Source: a virus (Duplodnaviria > Caudoviricetes). From it: DNA of 64,000 nucleotides. The notes beneath the pieces are model-generated. The model saw only the letters and a program-made list of their open reading frames with translations. It searched no databases and was not told the DNA's origin. A program made the translations under genes and the position numbers. Positions 15,194 to 22,999 of the stretch are shown here, piece after piece (position 1 is the first letter of the stretch; every line of letters starts with the position of its first letter). Location of the stretch: IMG/VR virus record IMGVR_UViG_3300015050_001236, positions 3,050-67,049 of that record; one strand, 5' to 3'.

Positions 15194-15379
15194 ATGTCAC
15201 GCCACGAAGCGATCTGGAGCGACGGCAAGACGACCGTCCAAGGGACGTGGGAGTACTACCGTCCGTCCGACAAATTCATTATCTGGCTCGACTCCAAGGA
15301 CCCGGTCACCGGCAGGCAGCGGGTCGTGGAAACGCACGGCGACGTCCCGGAATGGGGAAAATGGAAGCGCGTACCATGA
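15194..15379 (+). CDS. Small Trp-rich hypothetical protein
   Basis: CGAAAGGAACC start motif. Confidence 0.75.
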   Translation: MSRHEAIWSDGKTTVQGTWEYYRPSDKFIIWLDSKDPVTGRQRVVETHGDVPEWGKWKRVP

Positions 15380-15513
15380 CCCTCCTCGAGCGCCTCGACA
15401 TCCTCCGCGTCAAGCTCGTCCAGTCGCTGCGCTACGAACAGCCGCGCGCCTGGGTGAACGTCGACGTGTGGGCTCCCAGCGGCCGGCGCGCCGTGCAGAT
15501 CTTTTTCGACTAG
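15376..15513 (+). CDS. Small hypothetical protein
   Basis: ATGA overlap; 45 aa. Confidence 0.55.
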   Translation: MTLLERLDILRVKLVQSLRYEQPRAWVNVDVWAPSGRRAVQIFFD

Positions 15514-15524
15514 GAGGCTTTGCC

Positions 15525-15854
15525 ATGGACTTGCCGTCGTGGGCGCGAGTTGGCGCCAAGGTCGTGTGCGTGGACGACACCTTCACCCACCCTACGCACG
15601 GCGATTACGCGCGACCGATTAAAGGGCGAACGTATACGATCCGCGCGGTCGCTGCTGACTACTGGCCCGGCTGCATGTGTATTCGGCTGGTTGAGCTACA
15701 GAACCCTGTGCTGGATTGGGCCGGGGGTCCGCCAGGCGCCGCCGTATTCGCCGAGGCCGCGTTCGACATCGTTCGCTTCCGCCCGCTCGTCGACCGGCAG
15801 ACCGACATCGCCACGCATTTCGCCCACCACCTCAAGCAGCCGGAGAAAGTCTGA
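15525..15854 (+). CDS. Hypothetical protein (GAKVVCVDD...YTIRAV...RFRPLV)
   Basis: AGGAGG RBS. Confidence 0.75.
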   Translation: MDLPSWARVGAKVVCVDDTFTHPTHGDYARPIKGRTYTIRAVAADYWPGCMCIRLVELQNPVLDWAGGPPGAAVFAEAAFDIVRFRPLVDRQTDIATHFAHHLKQPEKV

Positions 15855-16069
15855 TGAGCGGACGCAATGAACTCGTCGATCTGGCGCTCTACGTCCACCA
15901 CGAGACCGACGCGGCGTTCCGTGTCAGCGACGACGGCAAGGACGCCAAGGCCGTGTGGCTGCCGAAGAGCCAGATCGAGCTCGTGCCCGACGGCCCGCCC
16001 AAACCCGGCGCCTACACCGCCGTCGTCACCATGCCAGTCTGGCTGGCGCAGGACAAGGAACTGATCTGA
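15854..16069 (+). CDS. Small beta-rich protein (HETDAA...VWLPKSQIE...MPVWLA.DK.L)
   Basis: Coupled TGATG; recognisable phage family. Confidence 0.75.
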   Translation: MSGRNELVDLALYVHHETDAAFRVSDDGKDAKAVWLPKSQIELVPDGPPKPGAYTAVVTMPVWLAQDKELI

Positions 16070-16326
16070 TGACTGAGACCAAGGGTCTGCCCGTTCAGGG
16101 CTACAAGCCGACGCAGCCCGACTGGGCGATCGCGCTCGTCAACGAGAACAAGGTGCTCGAGGAGCGCGTCCTGCGCCAGATCGACGCCCATGTGCGCAAC
16201 CTCGACAGCCGCGAGATCAATCAGCGCCACGTCGCGCTGGCCCGCACCGAGATCGAGAGCGCGTTCATGCACCTCAACCGCGCCGTGTTCCAGCCGCAGC
16301 GCATCAAGCTGCCGGAGGACGAGTGA
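16069..16326 (+). CDS. Acb2/Tad1-like helical hairpin, candidate immune-signal sponge (anti-CBASS)
   Basis: VQGY...IALVNENK...QRHVALARTEIESAFMHLNRAVFQP resembles Acb2 IKGYR...MNRVK...[24 protein letters not shown]. Confidence 0.65.
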   Translation: MTETKGLPVQGYKPTQPDWAIALVNENKVLEERVLRQIDAHVRNLDSREINQRHVALARTEIESAFMHLNRAVFQPQRIKLPEDE

Positions 16327-16490
16327 GCACCGTCTACCACGGCCTCTGCGCCGGCGGCCCGAAGGACAAGCAGACGCACGCCCAGCAGGACAGCCGCAAG
16401 CTCGCCGCCGAGGGCGGCTACTACGTCTTCGTCGCTGGCCGCGGCACGCAGCCCTCGACCTGGCGCTGGATCGCCGAGGAGAAGAAATGA
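16323..16490 (+). CDS. Small hypothetical protein (GLCAGGPKD...YVF...W.W)
   Basis: Translated by hand; GTGA overlap. Confidence 0.55.
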   Translation: MSTVYHGLCAGGPKDKQTHAQQDSRKLAAEGGYYVFVAGRGTQPSTWRWIAEEKK

Positions 16491-16678
16491 CCGAGCGCCT
16501 TTATCGGCTCGAGGAGATTACCGGGATTTTGGGTCAAGCGCTCGCGCGGGTGAATCGCCACGACCTGCTGACCTTCGAGCGCCCGTTCAACCTGTTCCTC
16601 GACGACGTCGTGCGCCTCCTGAAGGAGCCGCCGCGCCCGCCCGAGGCGCCCGCCGACTTCGCCAGCCCGAACGATTGA
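16487..16678 (+). CDS. Small hypothetical protein
   Basis: ATGA overlap; 63 aa. Confidence 0.55.
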   Translation: MTERLYRLEEITGILGQALARVNRHDLLTFERPFNLFLDDVVRLLKEPPRPPEAPADFASPND

Positions 16679-16813
16679 AAGTGAGGTGAGGCCCTCTGGA
16701 GACTCCGAAGACCGGTGACTTCCCCCACCACATGACACACGGCCCTCGGCAAGGACATTGAACCTTGCCGGGGGCCGGCGCATTGTAGGGGTAAGCGTCA
16801 GGAGGCGCGAGCC

Positions 16814-17005
16814 ATGGTAGAAGGTCTCATCGGACTCATCGTGCTGGTCGTCATCGTCGGCATCGTGGCTTACGTCGTCACGCTGCTGCTCGACATGCTG
16901 CCCATGGACGCCAGCTTCAAGCAGATCGCCAAGATCCTCGTGATCCTGGTCGCTGTCCTGATCGTGCTGTTCCGGGCACTGCCGCTGATCGGCGTGTCGC
17001 TTTAG
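16814..17005 (+). CDS. Two-TM small membrane protein
   Basis: AGGAGG RBS; two long hydrophobic helices. Confidence 0.8.
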   Translation: MVEGLIGLIVLVVIVGIVAYVVTLLLDMLPMDASFKQIAKILVILVAVLIVLFRALPLIGVSL

Positions 17006-17514
17006 TCGAAGCGAGCGAACTCTCCGTAATGCGCGACAGCCGCTTTCTTCCACGCCTCGTGCGCGGCTAGTTCGCTGTCGTACATGCCGAGGTACTTGCG
17101 TTTGAACACCGCAATCCAGTTGCCGCGTGCTTTACGGAAATAGGCGCCGCGCATGTTCGTATGCTGCGCCCAACGACGACGATTGGCCATGTTTCTATCG
17201 TAGGTAGCCTCGCGCAGGTTGCCTTCGCGGTTGTTCGTTCCTACGCCATCACGATGATCGATGATCGTGGTAGGCCAGCGCCCATAGAGAATCGCCCAGA
17301 CTACCCAGTGTGCCATGTATCGCTGGTACTGATAGTCGATCCGTATGTAACCTTCCCCGCTGACGTTACCCGCAGGTGACCCCGCTGGGATGGAGTTCGA
17401 CGGCGAGATGCGCCAGAATAGCTGCCCGGTTTCAGGGTCGTATCGCCACACTTCTCGAGCGTGTTCCGGACTTATGAAACCGCCGATCGCTGCGCTAATT
17501 CCGGCCACCGTCAC
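17002..17514 (-). CDS. HNH-AP2 homing endonuclease
   Basis: YDPETGQLFW...AHWVVWAILYGRWP..IDHRDGVGTNNREGNLREAT; AP2-like GAYFRKARGNW...YLGMYDSELAAHEAW; GTG start overlaps helicase stop; low GC. Confidence 0.85.
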   Translation of the reverse strand: MTVAGISAAIGGFISPEHAREVWRYDPETGQLFWRISPSNSIPAGSPAGNVSGEGYIRIDYQYQRYMAHWVVWAILYGRWPTTIIDHRDGVGTNNREGNLREATYDRNMANRRRWAQHTNMRGAYFRKARGNWIAVFKRKYLGMYDSELAAHEAWKKAAVAHYGEFARFD

Positions 17515-19025
17515 ACGCTCCTGATAGCCGAAATTATTTCGGTTTGGTTTGCATCTTTGGAGCTTAAGACATCGACGATGCGTTCGTCTATAGTGTCCAG
17601 CGCGATTATGGAATGCGAGTAGCACGCACGGGCCTGGCCCTGCCTATCTACCCGACCGTTTAACTGGATCCAACCCTCAAGCGCCCAGGGGGTAGCGTAC
17701 CAGCAAACATGGGAGCCCCCTGCTTGGAGGTTGAGCCCGTGCCCGGCTGACGCCCAGTGGAGCGCCATCACCGGCAGCTCGCGTTTGTTCCAGCGGTCGA
17801 TGTTCTCCTTGGCCTTGACCGAGGACAGGCCCTGGCCGAGGTACGCCACATTCTTCCAGACGCGGCGGATCGCCTCGAGGTCCTCGGCGAACTCATAGGC
17901 CACCAGCAGCGGCTCGCGCCCCATGTCGTCGATCAGGTCGGCGAGGGCGTGCTGCTTCTCGTCGTGCAGGATGTGCGCCTTGCCAGCCTCATCGTAGATG
18001 AAGCCCGACGTGATCTGGCGCAGCTTCATCGACGCCGCCGCCGCGGACATGGCGACGATGTCGTCCTGCCCGGCGATCTCGATCGCCATGCGCTTCTCCA
18101 TCTCGACGTAGGCGGCGCGCGCGGCGGGCGGCAGCTCGACCACGATCTGGCCGTGCTGCATCGAGCGCTGGTAGCTCAGGTCCTTCTCGTCGACCTTGAA
18201 AGCGACGGTGTTAAGGTCCTTGGTGAGGAGGTCCTGCGCGCCGAGTTGCAAGCGCCATGAGAAGCCCATGTAATCGGCCGGGGCAAAGAACTTCTGCCGC
18301 CAGCTATGGAAACTTTTCCCCCAGAGCTTGCCGCCGTCGATGATCTGCACCTGGGTGAACAGGTCCTCGAAACCCTCCGGCGCCGGCGTAGCGTTGAGAC
18401 CGATCGCCAGCTTCGCTTCCTTGGTGTGCTTGCGCACCGCCTTGTAGCGCGGCGACTTGGGGTTCTTCAGCTTGCCGATCTCGTCGAACACCCACGCATC
18501 GAACGGCGATTCGCCGGGCGCGTAGAGCTCGCATAGCCAGAGCAGGTTCTCATAGCTGGTGACGTGCACGGCCTTGGGCGGCGCTGCCCGGCGCAACTCC
18601 TTGTTGACGCGCCGCTCGTCGGCCACGAGCTTGCCGAGCTTCTCCTCAGCGACGCGGCGCTTGACCGTGTCGACGATCTTCGGCACCCGGCTTTCGAGAT
18701 GCGTCCGGCTGCCCCACAGCAGGCGCGATTGCTTCCACAGGCTGTCGGCCCAGCCCGACGGCTCGCCGCCCCACTCGACGACCGGACGGCCATTGAGATG
18801 CGACCACTCATCGCGCTCCTGCGCCCACACCAGCTGCGCCACGCGCAGCGGCGCGAAGACGATCGGGCAGGCGATCACGCCGTCGTCCATCATCTCGGCC
18901 AGCGCCGTCCACGCCGTCGCCGTCTTGCCAGCGCCAACCGGCATCAGCGCCAGGCTGTGGTCGTGGTTGTAGAGCCAGTCGATGGCGTTCTGCTGGTACT
19001 CGTGGAGGTCGGCGTAGCCCTTCAT
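17511..19025 (-). CDS. SF2 (SNF2-like) DNA helicase
   Basis: Walker A PVGAGKT, DEIG, NATP, GHGLNLQ, GRVDRQGQ. Confidence 0.9.
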   Translation of the reverse strand: MKGYADLHEYQQNAIDWLYNHDHSLALMPVGAGKTATAWTALAEMMDDGVIACPIVFAPLRVAQLVWAQERDEWSHLNGRPVVEWGGEPSGWADSLWKQSRLLWGSRTHLESRVPKIVDTVKRRVAEEKLGKLVADERRVNKELRRAAPPKAVHVTSYENLLWLCELYAPGESPFDAWVFDEIGKLKNPKSPRYKAVRKHTKEAKLAIGLNATPAPEGFEDLFTQVQIIDGGKLWGKSFHSWRQKFFAPADYMGFSWRLQLGAQDLLTKDLNTVAFKVDEKDLSYQRSMQHGQIVVELPPAARAAYVEMEKRMAIEIAGQDDIVAMSAAAASMKLRQITSGFIYDEAGKAHILHDEKQHALADLIDDMGREPLLVAYEFAEDLEAIRRVWKNVAYLGQGLSSVKAKENIDRWNKRELPVMALHWASAGHGLNLQAGGSHVCWYATPWALEGWIQLNGRVDRQGQARACYSHSIIALDTIDERIVDVLSSKDANQTEIISAIRSV

Positions 19026-19225
19026 TCGGGCGCCCGCTCGTTCTCAGCCTTCAGCCCTGCCAGCGCCGAGCGCAGCCTGTCAGCCGCGGCGATCGTGGCG
19101 CGCGACAGCAGCCCGCCATTGCCCCCTACCCACTGCCCGGCCACCATGCTGCCGACATCGTCGGCCTGCACGGCATCGACCAGGCCTTGCGCGGCCTTGA
19201 CCACGGCGCCGATCTTGTCGCTCAT
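19022..19225 (-). CDS. Hypothetical protein (MSDKIGAVVKAA...)
   Basis: Coupled between neighbours. Confidence 0.6.
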   Translation of the reverse strand: MSDKIGAVVKAAQGLVDAVQADDVGSMVAGQWVGGNGGLLSRATIAAADRLRSALAGLKAENERAPE

Positions 19226-19350
19226 CAGAGCCACCCCACGGCGATCATCGTCAGCACGATGATGCACCCGATCAGCACCAGCGCGAAAGCGCCGACCACC
19301 CATACGATTGCACCCTCGGGGCGGTAGTGTTCGTTGTCATCGTCGTTCAT
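19225..19350 (-). CDS. 41-aa membrane peptide (MNDDDNEHYRPEGAIVWVVGAFALVLIGCIIVLTMIAVGWL)
   Basis: Translated by hand; overlaps both neighbours at start and stop. Confidence 0.55.
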   Translation of the reverse strand: MNDDDNEHYRPEGAIVWVVGAFALVLIGCIIVLTMIAVGWL

Positions 19351-19643
19351 CGGTCCAGTTCCTTTCTCAAAGCCAGTTCAAACTCGGCGTCGGAGGCTAT
19401 CAGGTAGCACCCGAAGCCGAGCCGTTCGAGTGTCACTTTCCACTGCATCTGCTGGGCGCTGACCCGCCCACTGCCGAGGCGCTTGGTCTCGACATAGAAG
19501 ACGTTGGCGCCGGGCATCAGCACGGTACGGTCAGGAAACCCCCGCACGCCCGGGATCGCCAGCTTCAGGGCCAGCCCGCCGAGGTCCTCGATGCGCTTGA
19601 CGCAGCGGGCCTCCAGCGCGCTTTCCAGTTCCTTGCGGGTCAA
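19347..19643 (-). CDS. VRR-NUC domain nuclease
   Basis: LESALE..C...GGLALK...GVRGFPDR...YVETKR...S.QQ; GGAGG RBS and TTG start. Confidence 0.85.
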   Translation of the reverse strand: MTRKELESALEARCVKRIEDLGGLALKLAIPGVRGFPDRTVLMPGANVFYVETKRLGSGRVSAQQMQWKVTLERLGFGCYLIASDAEFELALRKELDR

Positions 19644-19727
19644 TCTGTGCCTCCAAGAATATGGACTGTTGACTAGCATGGATCGCTATGATAGGTCAAT
19701 GCTTATCGAACCGAGGACCCCCAAGTA

Positions 19728-19940
19728 ATGCCCCTCTACGATCTCGACAAAGGCGACAAGATCGACATCCACATCACGCTCTACGCTTCCGAGCGCGATA
19801 TCCTCGATGCCCTGTGCCTCAAGTTCAACTGCTCCCGTGCCGCCGTGATCGGCGTGCTGCTCGACGACGCCGCCGACATCGACCTCGCCGGCCGCGTCCC
19901 TGAACCCATCAAGCCCGGCGTCCGGCCGCGGCGCGCCTGA
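19728..19940 (+). CDS. Possible ribbon-helix-helix regulator
   Basis: IHITLYASERDILDALCLKFNCSRAAVI. Confidence 0.5.
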   Translation: MPLYDLDKGDKIDIHITLYASERDILDALCLKFNCSRAAVIGVLLDDAADIDLAGRVPEPIKPGVRPRRA

Positions 19941-19953
19941 AAGGAACCAGACC

Positions 19954-20394
19954 ATGACCGACGACATGCTCAAGCAGAACCTCGCCCTGCCGACCTGGGA
20001 CCCGCTGCTCGGCTACACCGTGACGCTCACCGAGACATGGATCAAAGTGCACGGTAGCGCGCTGAAGATCGACGACCTGCCGACCGTCATCCGCACGATC
20101 TACGGCGCGCTGCGCGCCGCTGACGGCCCGGTTCCCGCTGTGGCCTCGGCCGTGCCCGCCAGAGAGCCGTTGACGGCCAAGCAGATCCGCGACTCGATCA
20201 CCGACGACGCGCTGATCAGCTTCGAGGACGGCAAGCCCTACCGCTCGCTGAAGCGCCACCTCTCGGCGCGCGGGCTGACGCCGGCGCAGTACCGCGCGAA
20301 GTACGGCCTGCCGAATAGCTACAAGATGGTCGCGCCGTCGTACAGCGCCCGCCGCTCGGCGCTGGCCAAGAAAATCGGGCTCGGGAGGAAGTGA
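19954..20394 (+). CDS. mucR: MucR/Ros family regulator (xenogeneic-silencer type)
   Basis: SITDDALISFEDGKPYRSLKRHL...LTPAQYRAKYGLPNSYKMVAPSYS.RRS.LAK.IGLGR. Confidence 0.9.
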   Translation: MTDDMLKQNLALPTWDPLLGYTVTLTETWIKVHGSALKIDDLPTVIRTIYGALRAADGPVPAVASAVPAREPLTAKQIRDSITDDALISFEDGKPYRSLKRHLSARGLTPAQYRAKYGLPNSYKMVAPSYSARRSALAKKIGLGRK

Positions 20395-20582
20395 TGGCGG
20401 CCCTTCCGCGCTACTATGAGGACACGCATCTCGAATCGCGCAACTACCGCATCCTCGACCGGAAGCGCGGCAGCCAGACGGTGCTGGCCGAGGTTTACGA
20501 CCCCGAAATGGCGGCGCGCATCGTGCGCCTCCTCAACGCCGACGTCGAAGCTGCCGCGCGTCAGGGCGCTGTGGTGCCGTGA
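20391..20582 (+). CDS. Small hypothetical protein
   Basis: Coupled overlap; 63 aa. Confidence 0.6.
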   Translation: MMAALPRYYEDTHLESRNYRILDRKRGSQTVLAEVYDPEMAARIVRLLNADVEAAARQGAVVP

Positions 20583-20683
20583 TGTTCGATCTGTTCGACA
20601 TTCTCGCCACAGCCAGCGCGTGCTTTCTGATCGGACTGGTCTGTGGCGTCGCGCTGCTCGACAACATGCGGAGCAAAGATTGA
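20582..20683 (+). CDS. 33-aa hydrophobic peptide
   Basis: Translated by hand: MFDLFDILATASACFLIGLVCGVALLDNMRSKD. Confidence 0.45.
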   Translation: MFDLFDILATASACFLIGLVCGVALLDNMRSKD

Positions 20684-21855
20684 CCGAACTCGCCATCGCC
20701 CACAAGGACCGCGCGCACTCAGCCGTCGGCGGCTCGTCCGCCAAGCGCGTGCTGAACTGCACGGCGAGCGTCAACCTCTGCGCCCAGTACCCGAACGTCG
20801 AGACGGAGTTCGCGGCGAAGGGCACGGCGCTGCACGAGGCCATCGACCTGATCTTCCAGGGCAAGACCCGGGACGATCGCGACGTGGTCGGCCTGAAGTT
20901 CAACGGCTTCACCATCACCGAGGACGACTATGAGCAGGCCATCCGGCCGGCGCTCGAAATGTGGGACGCCCTCGACAAGGAACTCGGCGGCATCGAATAC
21001 TTCAACGAGAAGCGCGTCGTGTTCCCCGAGATCGACGGGGCCTTCGGCACGGTCGACATGGTCGGCAAGGCCAAGGACCGCTCGATCGTGTGGGATTGGA
21101 AGTTCGGCGCCGGCGTGGCGGTCGAGGCGGAAGAGAACGCCCAGCTGATGTACTACGCCTACGCCGCGGCCAGCACGCCCGGCACGGCCGAACTGTTCGA
21201 CCGCAACAAGCCGATCGAACTGTTCATCGCCCAGCCGCTGGTGCGCGACGGCGAGCCGTTCACGCGCTGGGTCACGACCTGGATGCAGCTCGAAGCCTTC
21301 GCGCTCGAACTGCGCCGGGCCGTCGAGATCAGCCAGACGCCCGAAGCCGAGTTCCGGATGGGCGACTGGTGCAAGTTCTGCAACGGCAAGACCGGCTGTC
21401 CGCTGTTCCAGAATCGGGTCGAGGAGGTTGGTCTGCTGACGCGCGAGCAGACCGAGGCCGAGCTCGCCCGCTGGCTACCCTATGCCGACCAGATGCTGGA
21501 GTGGGGCAAGAACGTCAAGGACGCCGCCCACAAGCTGCTCGAGGACGGCGGCACGCTGCCCGGCTGGAAGCTGGTCGCCGGCCGCGCCACGCGCAGCTGG
21601 AAGGACGAGGAGAAAACCCTCAAGTACCTGGCGAAGGTCGGCCTCCCAGCCGCCGAGCGCCATGTCAAGAAACTGATTTCACCGAAGCAGGCCGAGGACG
21701 CCTTGAAGCGCAACGGTCTTCCTGCTCAACTACCCGATACGCTGGTCGACAAGGTGTCGAGCAGCACGACCTTGGCGCCCGAGAGTGACAAGCGCACTGC
21801 TATCACGTTCGCTCCGAGCGCCTTCGCACTGCTCGCCCAGAGACTGGGCAAGTAG
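20680..21855 (+). CDS. DUF2800 / Cas4-like PD-(D/E)xK exonuclease
   Basis: HS..GGSS..R.LNC, GT.LHE, GTVD, WDWKFGAG, WCKFC....CP; TTG start overlaps upstream stop. Confidence 0.85.
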   Translation: MTELAIAHKDRAHSAVGGSSAKRVLNCTASVNLCAQYPNVETEFAAKGTALHEAIDLIFQGKTRDDRDVVGLKFNGFTITEDDYEQAIRPALEMWDALDKELGGIEYFNEKRVVFPEIDGAFGTVDMVGKAKDRSIVWDWKFGAGVAVEAEENAQLMYYAYAAASTPGTAELFDRNKPIELFIAQPLVRDGEPFTRWVTTWMQLEAFALELRRAVEISQTPEAEFRMGDWCKFCNGKTGCPLFQNRVEEVGLLTREQTEAELARWLPYADQMLEWGKNVKDAAHKLLEDGGTLPGWKLVAGRATRSWKDEEKTLKYLAKVGLPAAERHVKKLISPKQAEDALKRNGLPAQLPDTLVDKVSSSTTLAPESDKRTAITFAPSAFALLAQRLGK

Positions 21856-21903
21856 ACCGTGGAGGCAGTCGCCTCCGCGTAACAGGCTAAAAGGAAACTG
21901 AAA

Positions 21904-22656
21904 TTGGCTGACACTAAAATCGTATCGTTCGGCTCAGGCGCCGGGCTCATGTCGCGCGACCAGCTGGGGTCTTTCCTCAACAGCGCGGCCGCTGCAATCC
22001 CCGCCGGCAATGGCGGCAAGCAGTTCCTCAAGATCAGTGACAAGGACGGGGCGTGGACCTACGGCGCCGAGGAAACCGTCGTCGAGGACGACTCGCTCTG
22101 GGCCGTCAACCCGCTGTCGTTCTTCCACGGCTACATCGCCTGGCACGACGCCAAGGTGGAAGGCGAGGTCCGGCTGCCGGTCACTCGTCCTCTCCCGCCT
22201 GTCGCGTCGCTGCAGTCGGTGCAGGCGCAGAACGGCTGGCAGGACCAGTACGGCTTCGACCTGATCTGCATCACCGGCGAAGACGCCGGCATCGCCTGCG
22301 AGTACAAGGCGTCCAGCACCGGCGGCAAGCGCGCTATCGGCACGCTGACCAACGCCATCAACTCGCAGTACGCCGTCAACCAGGACGCGATCGTCCCGAT
22401 CGTCCGGCTCAAGGACGCCAAGTATTGGGACAAGAAGTACAAGAAGGACCAGTTCCCTCCTGTCTTCGAGATCGTCGAGTGGCGCACGATGGACGACAAC
22501 TCGGCACCGGCCGCCGCTGAAGAGCCGAAGGCCGCTGGCAAGGCCGCCGATCCGGCACCCGAGCCCGACGCCGCCGAGGAAGAAGCGCTGGCCAAGGAAT
22601 ACGCGGCCACCGCTGAAGCCGAGGCTGCTACCCCCCGCCGTCGCCTGCGCCGGTAA
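21904..22656 (+). CDS. Putative ssDNA-binding/annealing protein
   Basis: FLKI..KDG.W.YG...WAVNPLSF.HGYIAW; acidic C-terminus; position after DUF2800. Confidence 0.55.
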   Translation: MADTKIVSFGSGAGLMSRDQLGSFLNSAAAAIPAGNGGKQFLKISDKDGAWTYGAEETVVEDDSLWAVNPLSFFHGYIAWHDAKVEGEVRLPVTRPLPPVASLQSVQAQNGWQDQYGFDLICITGEDAGIACEYKASSTGGKRAIGTLTNAINSQYAVNQDAIVPIVRLKDAKYWDKKYKKDQFPPVFEIVEWRTMDDNSAPAAAEEPKAAGKAADPAPEPDAAEEEALAKEYAATAEAEAATPRRRLRR

Positions 22657-22659
22657 GCC

Positions 22660-22944
22660 ATGACCGGCAAGTACACGGAACGCGTGGGCGGCAACGCCGC
22701 CCCGGCCCTCAAGGCGTTCATCGAGCGGGTGGAAAGGCTGACCGAAGAGAAGGACAGCCTGTCCGCCGACATCCGCGAGGTTTACGCCGAGGCCAAGGGC
22801 AACGGCTGGGACCCCAAGATCATGCGGATCATCGTCCGCCGTCGCAAGATGGACGCCGCCGAGCGTGCCGAACAGGACGCCCTGATCGACACCTACGCGA
22901 CGGCCCTCGGCATGGCGGCCGAGGAAGTGCCCGACGACGAGTGA
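22660..22944 (+). CDS. gapR: GapR-like (DUF2312/UPF0335) nucleoid-associated protein
   Basis: LKAFIERVERLTEEKDSLSADIREVYAEAKGNGWDPKIMR.IVR.RKMD..ER.EQ. Confidence 0.9.
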   Translation: MTGKYTERVGGNAAPALKAFIERVERLTEEKDSLSADIREVYAEAKGNGWDPKIMRIIVRRRKMDAAERAEQDALIDTYATALGMAAEEVPDDE

Positions 22945-22950
22945 GCCATG

Positions 22951-22974
22951 GGGCCGGCGGTTCGCCGCCGGTCC
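22951..22974 (+). terminator. GC hairpin with UUCG loop (possible terminator or processing site)
   Basis: GGGCCGGCGG-ttcg-CCGCCGGTCC followed by tctc; weak U-tract. Confidence 0.45.
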
Positions 22975-22999
22975 TCTCCTGCCTCGAAAGGAACCCACC

